Assembly (NCBI GenBank): GCA_963514005.1 | Contig: OY740787.1 | Span: 30,814,001-30,878,000 of the forward strand | Source of the DNA: Raja brachyura | Lineage: Eukaryota | Direction of reading: 5' to 3' | DNA length: 64,000 nucleotides | Shown: one piece after another, positions 50,516 to 63,090 of the stretch | Layout: each line of letters starts with the position of its first letter | Numbering within the stretch: position 1 is the first letter of the stretch | The notes under the pieces: generated by a model | Seen by the model: the letters and a program-made list of their open reading frames with translations, nothing else | The model's database searches: none | Told to the model about the DNA's origin: nothing | Translations under genes and position numbers: made by a program

Positions 50516-53500
50516 ATGTTTGTAGGTTAATTGGCTTGGTATAAGTGTAAATTGTCGGACTTCCGATGGCGCTATGGAGGGTTAGGACACGTGCTCAACA
50601 TCTTCGCCCCGTTCCAACCAAACTCCTGAAAAAAAAAAACAGAACAGATCGCCGGCAGAGGTTCAGCAGACCAGTAAGCGGACGTCATCACTATGCGACT
50701 CCTACGACTCCCGTAATTACCGAAAATGCTGCCCAAACCGAGGAGGAAGGCCGTGGTGAAGCCTCGACCTCGCCTGAAGAGCAGCCCCAAGAGGAAACGG
50801 CAATCCAGACACCAGCCCTGAAGGACACTGGTGCCCATCCACGTCTGGAACTTTCAACTGTGAAGCAAGAGATTTGTGACAAGATAGACTCTCACATAGA
50901 AGAGGTAAATACCACCTGAAAAGGGAAATTCAAAGGTTGGAAACCAATATCAGCCACAAGCTGAAACCCATCTTGGCTACCTCATATAAACACAGCAAGG
51001 CTATCCAGGAGCTGGAAACAGCAGCGGTAACAAACTCCAAGGCTACGCATAAGCTGAAAGTTGAAGTGGAGCGCATCTCCGGTTTACTAACAAAAGTAAC
51101 AGAAAAATGTCTACATCTGGACGGGCGCTTCACACGTCAGAATCTAAGGATTGTTGGAGTGAAAGAAGGCAAAGAATATGGTCAAAACATGGTCAAAACC
51201 TCTGCGACTTTACGGCTCAACTACTTCAAGATGTACTCGCTTTGAAGGAAAAACCCAGACTCGACCGGGCACACAGAGCTCTGAGAACCCAGCCGGACGA
51301 CACTGCCCCACCGAGACATCTGATCCTGCGTGTGCACCACTGACATGTTCTAGAGAAAACCCTTCGTAAAGTGGCCAATGACAGAAATTTAACATTCCAA
51401 GGAGAAAATATATGAATTTTCAGAGACTTCCCCTCTGAAGTCGTAAGGAAAAGAGCACTTGTTTCCAAGTCAAGAGCTATTCTGAGGGATGTACCAGGAG
51501 TTTGATTCGGGCTACTATACCCTGCTAAGGTCCGTGTTACTTATAAAGATGTTGAATCATGCTTTATTGATCCAGATAAAGCATTACAGTTTGCCCAGAG
51601 CATTGCCGGAGCCGACGGGATAAGTACCAGTTTACAGAGTTTATAAGTTACAAGCTGTTACAGACTTAAGATCTGTTAATATGTCAAAATAGTATTGACT
51701 GAAAGTTAGCTAATATGCAATGTAAGTCAGTTAAAATTAATACTCAGCTACTTACTCATACCACAATATAAATTCCTAACTGGAGGGGAATGCTGAGCCC
51801 CTTAAAAGGGGGAAATAATTCTTCATGGTTTGTTCTGTTTAGTTTTTCTAACTCCTTGAGGCACGGGGCTATCCTAATATCCAAAATCTTATGTTAAGGA
51901 TAGCATATATTGTATACTGTAAGGAAGTTTACTTTAACTTAACCACCATCATGTGGTATTTGTTAGCAACATTCTTATATGTTGTAGTTTCTGTTGTTTC
52001 TCTTTTCTATTTTCTGAACTTTCTAATAAATATCTTCACATCTTGTACTAGATTACACTTGTCTTGGGGATATCTCGGGGGGGTAGGGGCAAAGGGTGAA
52101 GGGCTCACTCATCCTGCATTTAAAATAAATATATTAAGTATTGTGTTGGACCATTTCATTCAGCAGAGACCATATAATTTTTGATATGCAAGACGATGTA
52201 GCTAGAAAATTATGGGGGAAAGGAGTTACGTTCTGTAGTTGGAATGTCAGAGGTGCTAATGAACCAACAAAATGGGGTAACTACTAGCCCATCTAAAATC
52301 TCTTAATACTGATATAATATTCCTTCAGGAGACTCACCTTCAGAACGATGCACACAATAGGCTGAAGGGTAGGTGGATTGCACAGCTATACCACTCTACA
52401 TTCTCTTCTAAGCCAGAGGAACCGCAATTTTAATCCGTAAAGGTATTCCGTTTAAACATAAATCCACAATGGCTGACAAGGTAGCCAGGTATACTGTAGT
52501 ATCTGGTAAATTGTACTCAACTTTATATATGTTGGTGAACATATATAAACTCCTAATTGCAATAACCCCCAATTTTTCAATAATATATTCAATTTAATTC
52601 CAGACGCATTCCAGTCCAATTTGATAATCGGGGGGATTTAAACTGTGTATTGACCAATACCTGGATAGATCTTAATGTCAAAGAAAAATTACATCTAAGT
52701 CTAGTGACCTTTTAAACACCTATATAAACAATGCAAATATAAAGGAAGTCTGGACGATTGCCAATCCTTCAGGAAGAGAATACCCCTTTTATTCAGGTGT
52801 TCATAAAATATATACACAAATTGACTCTTTCTTGGTGGATTCTAAACTTCTGCCACATACCTACAATCCAAAATATCACAATATTATTATTTCGGATCAC
52901 TGCCCTCTTACATTTTCCGTAAAATTGGAAGGAATGGCAAATAAACAGCCATGCTGGAGATTTAACCCAGAAATACTTGCAGAGGCCAATTATTGTGACT
53001 ATCTGAAGGTACAGATTAAAAATAATTTTTGAGATAAACGACACTCCTGGTATTTCTCCATCATTGCTTTGGGAAACTTTTAAAGCCTATCTCAGAGGCT
53101 GCATTATTTCATACCAAGCCTTTCAAAATAAGAAAAATAGGGCATAACAATTGGAATTAGAAAAACAGATAAAACAATTAGACTTAGAAAATGCAGCTGA
53201 TCCGTCCATAATAAAACACAATAAGATAGCTACACTTAAATTCAAACTAAACCAGATACTTTCGGCAAGAATCAATAGAGCATTTCAATATACTAAACAA
53301 GAATACTTTGAATTCGGTGATAAACCACATAAACATTTAGCACGACAACTCTGCAAATTAGAGAATGACTGTACCATACATAAAATTAGATCAGAAAAAA
53401 GGGATTTGCTCACACTGCCCAAAGATATCAATGAAAGATTTCTACAATTTTATCAAACCCTATACTCGTCACAAACAACAGCTGACTCAGCGAAGATGAA

Positions 53501-54888
53501 GAGCTTTCTTGAGAAGCACAACCTCCCATCTCTCAGTGAGATGGAACGGGAGGAACTAGGTGTAGAGATAACAATAAAAGACATTTCAGAGACCATTAAA
53601 TCACTGAAAAATGTAAAAACTCCAGGCCCTAACGGGATTAATAATGAATTTTATAAAAAAATGTAACAATTTAATTTCCCCATGCCTATGAAGCCTCTAT
53701 ATTCAAGCATTCAAGGAACAGACCCTACCACAAACACTCGCAGAATCAATTATTACGTTAATTCCTAAAAAAAAAAAAATCTCGAAGAGTCGGGATCCTA
53801 TAGAGCAATTACCCTCTTAAATACTCACCTAGCCAAGACTTTGGCTCGTAGACGTAGCCTAGTTATCGGCAAATTAGTACACCCAGACCAAACCGGGTTC
53901 ATACCTAAACGACACCTGTTTTATAATTTGAGACGTCTGTTTAATATAATGTATTCGCAGAAAATACCAAACGAAGACCTAACAATTATCTCACTGGACG
54001 CAGAAAAGGCTTTCGATCAAGTGGAATGGTCCTATCTTTTTACAGTGTTGGAAAAATTCCAATTGGGAGAAAACTTCACTTCATGGGTGAAGCTTTTATA
54101 TATTAATCTGACAGCCAGAATACTAACAAACCAAATGCTTTCACCTAAATTTCAATAAAAGAACAAGACTTCACCCAACTCCAACAGTTTCCCTTTAGAA
54201 TTGTTACTGAACAGGTCAGATACCTTGGATTTACGTTACCAGAAAATATTTTCTTTTGTTTAAAAGAAAATTCCCACCATTAATTACTAAACTTTATACG
54301 TATATTCAATTTTGGAAAACACTGCCTATTTCTCGTAATGCCGTAAAGATGATCTTCCTTCTGCAACTTTTATACTTATTCCAGTCAATACCGATATATC
54401 TCCCTAAAAGCTTTTTCAAAAAAATCGATTCCATAGTCACTAATTTAATCTGGGACTATAGAAGACATTTGTGTAAATCCAAAGAGAATGGAGGATTAGC
54501 CTTACCTAACATCCTCTTTTATTATTGGGCAACCAATATTAAAACTATAATTTTTTGGCTGGATGACTCCTATCAGCAGGCTAAACATGGAAAGGGAAGA
54601 CTTATTTGCCTTTCTGTATAGGCTCGATTGTCCTGTCTCCAATATCCTTGAATAAATCAATGTTTGAGCATAACCCGATAATACACAGTACTATCCGCAT
54701 CTGGAAACAGTTGAAACTCAGTCTCAAACTGAGAAACATGTCTCCTTCTCCCCATTGCAAACAATCCCTCTTCTAAACCTTCTACTCTAGATGTGTTTTT
54801 TGTTCAATGGAAGAATCAGAATTAATGCTGTGGGAGACCTCTATCAGAAGGGGACTCTTTCTTCCTTTCAAGAACTGCAGGAGACATA

Positions 54889-55214
54889 CACGATACAAGA
54901 TACATTTATTTGTCACATGTGCCAGTTGGCGCAGTGAAATGTAATCACTATAGAGCCATACAATAAAAATAAAGAACACAACATAGAGTTGATAGAATTC
55001 AACATAAAACATCCCCACACAGCAGAATCAAAGTTTCCCACTGTGAGGGAAGGTACCAAAGTCAGTTTCTTCCTCTAATGTTCCCCAATGTTCACCCATG
55101 GTCGGGGCCTCCCCGAGCCCTCCGCCGTCGCCGCTACGGGCGGCCCGATGCTCAGGCCCACTCGCCGGGGTGATGTAAGTCTGACGTCGGGGCTGGGGGA
55201 CCGTTTTGAACACC
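54889..55214 (-). mobile_element. 5'-truncated copy of the 49569-50515 family inserted in L1 ORF2
   Basis: Shares ttcccactgtg..ggaagg...gttcacccat.gtcggg...gctacggg with 49805-49900. Splits L1 FQELQETY from FFRYLQVRDYV. Confidence 0.75.
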
Positions 55215-55322
55215 AAATATTTTTTCAGATACCTCCAAGTTAGGGATTACGTGAGAACACACATACAAGACTGCTCCTCTGTACGTCCAGACATACTAGA
55301 TGAATGTTTGAATAGACATGCA

Positions 55323-58139
55323 AGTCAAAGTCAAAGTCAAACAAACTTTATTGTCATTTAGAAATACATTGATATATGCAGTTCCAAACAAAATTATGTT
55401 GCATTTGGCTCCCTGTGCAACACGATAAATTAACAGAATGGATAAAAAGTATAAAAGGATAAATAGACAATGGTGGCAGCCCATTACATGGCATTCAGGA
55501 GTCTGATGGCTCGTGGGAAGAAGCTGTTGCAGAACCTTGATGTTCTGCTCCTTATGCTGCGATATCTTTTTCCCGAGGGCAGCAGAGTGAACAGACCGTG
55601 ATGGAGATGTGTGGGGTCTTTTATAATACTGCTGGCCTTAGACACGCAACGTTTGGTCGCAATATCCCCGATTGAGGGGAGAGAGGTCCCGATTTTTTCC
55701 GCTGTCCTCACCACTCTCTGCACAGACTTCCAGTCGGAGGCTCTACAGTCCCCAAACCAGACAGAGATACAGCTGGTCAGAATACTCTCTATGGTGCCCC
55801 TGTAGAAAGTAGTGAGGATGGGATGGGGGAGATGAGCTCTTCTCATCCGGCGCAGAAAGTGCAACCGCTGCTGCGCTCTCTTAACTGTTGATGAGATGTT
55901 ATTCGACCAGGTCAGACTGTTAGTGATCTGCACCCCCAGGAACTTTGTGCTACTGACCACCTCCACATCGCTGTCATTGATGTGAAGTGGTGTGGGACTG
56001 TGCCGGGTTTTCCTGAAGTCGACGATAACCTCCTTTGTTTTTTCGACATTCAGGATCAGGTTGTTCGTATTGCACCAGTCCACCAGTTGTTTCACCTCCT
56101 CCCTGTAAGCCAGCTCATTGTCGTCCCTGATGAGGCCCACCACTGTTGTGTCATCTGCGTACTTCATGATGTGGTTTGTACTAAACCTGGCACAACAGTC
56201 GTGAGTCATCAGGGTGAACACCAGTGGACTCAGGACACAGCTCTGAGGGGAGCCGGTGCTCAGAGAAATGGTGTTGGAGGTGTTATTTCCAACCCTCACA
56301 GACTGTGGTCTGTCAGTGAAGAAGTCCAGCAGCCAGTTACACATGGGGGTGCCGAGGCCCAATGGAACCAGTTTGCTTATCAGGTGCTGGGGGATAATGG
56401 TGTTGGGGGATAATCCTGTACATGGTACTAACACCATCATCAAGTATGCAGATGATACAACGGTGATTGGCCTCATCAGCAACAACGATGAGTCGGCCTA
56501 CAGGGAGGAGGTCCAGCACTTAGCAGCATGGTGCGCTGACAACAACCTGACCCTTAACTCCAAGAAGACCAAGGAGCTCATTGTAGACTTCAGGAAGTCC
56601 AGGGGCAGCACGCACACCCCCATCCACATTAACGGTACGGAGGTGGAACGTGTTTCTAGCTTCAGGTTCCTGGGAGTCAACCTCTCCGACGACCTCTCTT
56701 GGACCCACAATACCACAACTCTGATCAAGAAGGCTCACCAGCGTCTCTTCTTCCTGAGTAGACTGAAGAAGGTCCACCTGTCTCCTCAGATCCTGGTGAA
56801 CTTCTACCGCTGCACCATCGAGAGCATCCTTACCCACTGCATCACAGTTTGGTATGGCAACTGCTCTGTCTCCGGCCGGAAGGCATTGCAGAGGGTGGTG
56901 AAAATTGCCCAACGCATCACCGGTTCCTCGCTCCCCTCCATTGAGTCTGTCCAAAGCAAGCGTTGTCTGCGGAGGGCGCTCAGCATCGCCAAGGACCTCT
57001 CTCACCCCAACCATGGACTGTTTACCCTCCTACCATCCGGGAGGCGCTACAGGTCTCTCCGTTGCCGAACCAGCAGGTCCAGGAACAGCTTCTTTCCGGC
57101 GGCTGTCACGCTACTCAACAACGTACCTCGGTGACTGCCAATCACCCCCCCCCCCCGGACACTTATTGTTATTTATTCAAATCATTTGCTGTGTCGCTCT
57201 TCCAGGGAGATGCTAAATGCATTTCGTTGTCTCTGTACTGTACACTGACAATGACAATTAAAATTGAATCTGAATCTGAATCTGTTGAATGCTGAACTGA
57301 AATCCATGAACAGTATTCGCACATAGGTGTTTTTCTCCTCTAAATGTTCCAGGGTCAGATGGAGTATGGAGGATATAGCGTCCTCTGTGGAGCGGTTTGG
57401 CCTGTAAGCAAACTGGTATGGGTCGAGTGTGGAGGGGAGTCTGGAGGTGATGTGGTCCCTGACCAGCCTCTCGAAGCACTTCATCATTATGGGAGTGAGT
57501 GCTACAGGGCGGTAGTCATTGAGACATTGTATGTTGGATTTTTTGGGCACTGGTATGATGGTGGCAGTCTTGAAACATAATGGGATGACAGCCTGGTTCA
57601 GCGCGGTGTTAAATATGTCCGTAAGGACATGTGCCAGCTGATCAGCACATTCCCTGAGCACCCGCCCTGGTATGTTATCAGGGCCTGCCGCCTTTCGTGC
57701 GTTCACTCTTTTTAAGGTCCTCCGAACATCCACTATGTCAAGACTGAATGCCTTTTCCTCACAATGAGGAATACCTTTGCTTGCAGGTGTGTTATTTAAT
57801 GCCTCGAACCGACCAAAATAGTTGTTGAGTTCATTGAGGAACTCAATGTTGTCATCACAGGGTGGTGAAGCAGTCTTATAGTCTGTGATTGATTTGATTC
57901 CCTGCCACATGCGCCTGGTGTTCTTGGGGTCATGGAAGAAGCTCTGGATTTTCTGACCATGGGCATGCTTGGCCAGCCTGATGACTCGTTTCAGGTTGGC
58001 TCTTGCGGATCTGAGTGCCACCACGTCGCCGGATTTAAATGCAGCATTACATGCTCTCAGCATTCCACGTACCTCTGTGGTCATCCAGGGTTTCTGGTTG
58101 GCCCGTACAGTGATGGTCTTGGTGACACAGACATCCTCT
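55323..58139 (-). mobile_element. Rex1/Babar LINE, 5'-truncated, inserted in L1 ORF2; RT open apart from one nested insertion
   Basis: ORFs 57182-58186 and 55484-56485 join at DFSSAFN|[23 protein letters not shown] and YADD motifs. (TTTGAC)n tail. atgca repeated at 55318-55322 and 58140-58144. Confidence 0.93.
56406..57282 (+). mobile_element. Second Rex1/Babar 3' end inserted antisense into the first
   Basis: Open RT C-terminus (KYADDTT...FFPAAVTLLN) and (TGAATC)n tail. TSD tgttg at 56401-56405 and 57283-57287. Confidence 0.93.
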
Positions 58140-58963
58140 ATGCAGATACAGAGAAGTTGATATCCCACATTTACAATGCCCTCCAAAACGTCGACACTCC
58201 ATCTTCTGAGATTTATAGGTGTTCATGGGAGGATGAGATGGGTCAACACGTCTCCAAGGATATATGGGACAAAAGCCGAAAATATATACACCATTGCTCT
58301 TTAAACGCCAGACATTGCTGGATACAGTTTAAAGTACTGCACAGGTTATATTACTCAAAGACAAAATTGAACAAGATCTTCACCAGTGTTTCCCCTCCTT
58401 TGTGATAAATGTCACTCTCAAGAAGCCACCTTAACCCATACTTTTGTACTAAAATAGAAAACTTTTGGACAGAAGTCTTTAATGTTACTTCTAAAACACT
58501 GAAAATTCCACCAGAGCCAGACTCAAAACTGATAATACTGGGAGTATCAGAGGCATGTGTTAATTTAACAGAATTTCAAAGACATTTTCTTGATTACGGT
58601 TTAATATCTGCTAAAAAATATATACTTAAATTTTGGAAAAAAACAGTCCCCTCAGTAAAGACATGGATTATGGAAATGACAGAGGCACTACATCTAGTGA
58701 AAAATAGGTTTGTCTTGACTGACAAACCCGATCAATTTTTAAAAATATAGTCTCCTTTTGTGTAAATTGTCCCTGGTGTGTGTAGGATAGTGTTAATGTA
58801 CGGGGATCGCTGGTCGATGTGGACTCGGGCCAAAAGGCCTGTTTCCACACTGTATCTCTAAACTAAACTAAACTAAACGAAACTCAACTATACTAAATCA
58901 GAGGTTAATGGGAAACCTTATAGAATAATAATAAATTATGAGATGCATTGGTGGGATAGGCAG

Positions 58964-59211
58964 TGTTGTGTAATGAGACCCATACACAGGAGTAACAATT
59001 TATAGTCTTTATTGTAACACAAGCGGAGGAAACATTACATGCTATCGTCTCCGTAGTCAGCTTCAAGTCTGACCGTGAGATGGTGAAGTACTGTTATCAA
59101 TAGTCCGGGCTAGGGATGAAGATCTGGACTGGACTACAAATGGAATGTGCAGCATGCATAATACGTGTGGTGATAGATATAGTAAAGGCAGGCTAATATG
59201 GTTAATCTGCA
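58964..59211 (-). mobile_element. Candidate solo LTR
   Basis: TG...CA ends, flanks ggcag/gacag (5-bp TSD with one mismatch), AATAAA on the minus strand. Interrupts an old CR1. Confidence 0.55.
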
Positions 59212-59246
59212 GACAGTGAGAATCTTTTCATCCGGGGTGGAATTGT

Positions 59247-59299
59247 ACGATACGATACGATAACACTTTATTCATCCCTGGAGGCAAATTGGTCTGCCA
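59247..59299 (-). mobile_element. Extremely 5'-truncated retroposon tail
   Basis: (tacga)n tail, AATAAA on the minus strand, aattgt duplicated at 59241-59246 and 59300-59305. Confidence 0.6.
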
Positions 59300-60469
59300 A
59301 ATTGTCAAATACTAGATGTCATAGCAAATCCAACATTTAATGACAAACCCCGAGCTAAAATTGCTTTATTTTTTAATGATTGTAGTTCGACACAAAACTT
59401 ATAAATCAAGGTAGTATTCCTTAGGAGTTTCCTCACAGAATTCCTGCCTTGTGAGGTCACCGCTCATTTATATAATATATATTAGTTATGCTTTTTTTTG
59501 TTACCTTCTGCTTAAGTCAACCTTTGACGGTGACTTAAAAAAAGAAGGATTTTCTGATTAATGCTTATAGGCCTTCTGAGGCATTGAATAAATAAAGGAG
59601 TGCATTATTGAATTCTTGTACAGGAAATAACTTATGGTACTTTCAAAATTCTTTCAGTGTGTTGGTGTAAGATATCCGCTTGGCTAATGGTTTATGCTAG
59701 GCTGGACAAAGCTTCTTTCCTTCTAAACATCCTTCACCCCATTGGCTTTGAAGTTCCACGCTGTAATCTTTTAGCCTTCAATCATTTGTGGCGACATTTT
59801 TTGTAGATGAAATTAGTGTTTCTTTCCGCTCATCACTCACACTATGCAAATCAACCTTTAAAAGTTGCAGGATCCCATTTTGAGGGAAGTAGGTTCTTAA
59901 ACTTATGAGAAATATTAAAGGTTCCGAATGGCATCAAATATAACTTGTACACTTCCAAGAAGAAGGGAATGAAGAAGGAAAATAAAATTAAAAGGCACAG
60001 CATCTGGTCGGCTCTTGTTAACCTTTGAGTTGCCTGTTAGGTATAGAATGCCAGCTACATGTTGTGTGCAGTTTGATTGTTCTCACAAATAAATCATGGA
60101 ATTATATACGGATCTAGTTAAGGGGAGTTCTTGCTTTAACTGAGTTTGTCGTTTAATGTTTAAGAATGAACTGCAGATGCTGGAAAAATCGAAGGTAGAC
60201 AAAAATGCTGGAGAAAATCAGCGAGTGAGGCAGCATCCATGGAGCGAAGGAATAGGTGACTTCTTCTTCAGACTTCTTGTCATTTAATGATTGTGGGTTT
60301 TATTAATGCATATCAAAAAGCAAATTCAGTAGTGTCCCATTAAACTGATTGTACCCATCCAACATGTTCAGTTTGTAATTTCAGGTGAGTTCGGTCAAAG
60401 ATGTATTGTAATTATGTTGAAGTATGGTTCCTTTAAACTGCTGTCTTTCAGTTAACCTGTTTTTTTTAG

Positions 60470-61561
60470 ATATTTGAGGGGGGAGTGGAACAAAGCTTGT
60501 CAAGTAATAGGTGGATGCATGTGAGGGAGATTTTTGATTGGCAAATTGTGGGCAAAGGTTAGAAATTAAAAGATGACAAAAGGGTGCAAGAGGAGATATC
60601 AAGTAGACAAAATAGGAAGGGAGGAGGCATGAAATGTAAAGCTCGAGGGAGAGATATGGGTTGAAGTAGGATGGGGACCGGGTGGGGGAAAATGGGTGCG
60701 TATCGGGGTTGGGAGGAGCGAGGTGGGTGATGTTACCTAAAATTAGAAAATTGGTTTGTAAGCTACCAAAGCGTAATATGAGGTGTCACTACTCCAATTT
60801 GCAGGGAACCTCCCTCTTGCACTGGAAGAGGTTCAGGTCACAATGATAGGTATTGGAACAGGAGTTAAAATGATCAAGCAAGCCTTGGCAGACTGAGTGT
60901 TCAGCGAAATGGTTACCTAGTCTACACTTGGTCTCCCCAATGTAAAGGAGGACACAGCGGAGACAGAATGCTGAAGATGAGGTTAGAGGAGGTGCATGTG
61001 AACCTCTGCCTCACATGGCAGGGCTGCTGTAGTGACAGTTTTTGTACAACGTCTCAAGGATTTAGTCATCGATAGTCACTTTAATTGATGACCGTGGATC
61101 AGAAGATAATCTATACACACCCACGAGCCATCCACGAGACATTCAATGCCGTCAAAAGATGAATCTTCCAACAACAGTCTCTTGATTAGCTTCTTCTTGT
61201 ATAAGTACTTTTCAATCATACTCGTGGTCATGCTCGTGCATGGTCGAAAACTATGTCTCTTCCCTGAACTTCATCGAAATAAACTAAACTACTTGGGAGT
61301 CTGCGACAGAATCCCAGCCGCAAACACGCCTCAGACTACTTATAAGTCCCACCCACATAATTACAGGCAGATAACATTTAAAGGTAACTGGTTATAGTTA
61401 TAACATACTGAATTAAGCTAAATGGCTACTACAGATGTGATGGAGAAGGTGTAAGGACAGGTGTTACATCGTTACCCAGACGTGGCGTCAAAGGACGAGA
61501 ACCCGAAGCCGAATAACTTGGAGAGAAGGAATGGGTGACGTTTTGTGTCGAGACCCTTCAG
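60470..61561 (-). mobile_element. Penelope-like element remnant with GIY-YIG endonuclease, interrupted at 61028-61433
   Basis: Minus strand of about 60895-60955 reads LLYIGETKCRLGNHFAEH. 60730-60840 matches 369-472. Hammerhead-like tail repeats at 60165-60273 and 61520-61561. Confidence 0.7.
61028..61433 (-). mobile_element. Candidate solo LTR
   Basis: Inverted termini TGTAGT...ACTACA, TATA-like ttataa near 61340 and ATTAAA on the minus strand near 61080. No convincing TSD. Confidence 0.45.
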
Positions 61562-61730
61562 CATTATGCGTTGCCTGTGCATAAAATACGATCACTTCCT
61601 GCGTATGTACGCGTGTGTGTGAGTAAGCGTGAATCGTCGTGAGTTAGTGTCAGCGTGCATGCCCGGGAGATGGGAAGTGTCCGCGCTGCGCTGCCTCAGG
61701 TCGGTAACGCAGCCATTTTACACCCAATAC
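61562..61730. promoter_or_regulatory. CpG-rich promoter-like patch
   Basis: Dense CpG. ETS-like cacttcct (61593) and ggaagtg (about 61673), NRF1-like gcgtgcatgc, YY1-like gcagccatttt (about 61709). Confidence 0.4.
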
Positions 61731-62414
61731 CATGAATTTTTTTTCATTTAACCTTTTCATTCGTACAAATGCAGGAAACACATTCTGAAAGGTTTGACAA
61801 ATTACTATTATTGGATTTTTGGGGGGCATTCTTAATTTTTTTAAGGTTTCAGTGAGAATAGACAATATAATCAAGACTTTTAATTAAATTGATGTGTAAT
61901 TGAATGGCAGGTTTACTCGTGGAGGCTTCCTGATAAAATGTGTAAAAACAAAAAAATCATAATTGTCACTTTATTACATTACATTGCATTACAGGGATTA
62001 CATGTTTAATTTTATCTTCTGAATTTTACCAGAATACGTGCAGAATTAATTAAGAATGGTAAATTTCATACGAAAAATGCTTACAATTATTTGTAGTAAC
62101 GTAGAAAGTGGCCATTTGTCCCAGTAGGTCCATGGCAGTTCTGTGAGGTGCAGCACTGCTAGTCAATGTCTCTCTCTTTTTATTTCCCTGTATCCTTACA
62201 AATTCTCTCTCACAGATGGCTATCAATTGGCTTTTGATTTTTTGTCTGCCATTAACAAACACTGAGAGGCAATTTACAGTAACTAATTGACTAGCCACCA
62301 TGTTACTAGGATGTGGACAGAAGCCAGACCATCCAAAGGAAACTTGTGTGGTCACATAAAGAACATGCATGCTCTGTATAGAGAGCATCCAACCCAGAAG
62401 TTGGACAACTGCAG

Positions 62415-63090
62415 CATTATCGTTTGCATATAAAATAAAACAATTCCTCCAGTTTGATGACCTTGAAAAGTTCATCCACACATTTATTTCCTCCCTCCTA
62501 GATTACTGCAACTCCCTTTACACTGACATCAGCCAATCTTCCCTGTCCCACCTGCAACTGGCCCAAAACGCCGCAGTGAGACTCCTGACGGGCACTCGAA
62601 AAAGGGACCACATCACCCCGATCCTGGCCTCTCTCCACTGACTCCCTGTGCGGCTCCATATAAATTTCAAGATCCTCCTCTATGTCTACAAAGCCCTCAA
62701 TGGGCTTGCCCCCACCTACATTAAAAGTCTTCTCACCCACCACTCCACCTCCAGGCCCCTCAGATCGGCCAACTTGGGGTTGCTGAATATCCCGCGGTCT
62801 AGGCATAAGCTCAGGGGCGACCACGCCTTTGCAGTTGCAGCTCCTAGACTGTGGAACAGCATCCCTCTTCCCAACAGAACTGCCCCCTCCATCGACTCCT
62901 TTAAGTCAAGACTAAAAACTTGTCTATACTCCCAAGCCTTTATTGACATCCTCTGAGCGAAGGCTATATGTATATATGTATGTTGTTTGTTTGTTTATAC
63001 TATTCTTATAACAATTGTAAAGCACTTTGGCCACCGAGAGTTGTTTTTTAAATGTGCTATATAAATAAATGTGACTTGACTTGACTTGAC
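62415..63090 (+). mobile_element. L2 LINE 3' end
   Basis: IHTFISSLLDYCNSLY, QNAAVRLL, ITPILASLH*LPV, FKILLYVYKAL and a (GACTT)n tail. Confidence 0.92.

Larger units (their letters stand above)
50557..58759 (+). mobile_element. L1-clade LINE with intact 5' end, decayed ORFs and no 3' UTR or poly(A)
   Basis: ORF1 remnants (RQNLRIVGVKEG, LDRAHRAL) at about 50720-51640. ORF2 remnants from about 52186 (SWNVRG, ISDH, KTPGPNG, SLDAEKAFD, GGLALPN, QFKVLHRLY). 12-bp TSD gtgtaaattgtc at 50545-50556 and 58760-58771. Confidence 0.92.
49414..58898 (+). mobile_element. V-SINE in three pieces (49414-49568, 50516-50556, 58760-58898)
   Basis: The pieces join into one SINE colinear with 11952-12260. (aaact)n tail at about 58860. 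Confidence 0.85.
49320..59330 (+). mobile_element. Old CR1 3' fragment acting as the outermost shell of a nested cluster (own sequence 49320-49413, 58899-58963, 59212-59330)
   Basis: ggagagggtgcggaagaggtttgccagaatg...ttttctctggaacac resumes as cagaggttaatgggaaaccttataga...aaattatgag...aatactaga. Confidence 0.65.

Noticed and set aside
56256-56414. N-terminal extension of the 292-aa RT ORF as a novel fusion protein
   Set aside because: The first 50 or so codons are the antisense strand of the host Rex1, a chance read-through across the insertion junction.
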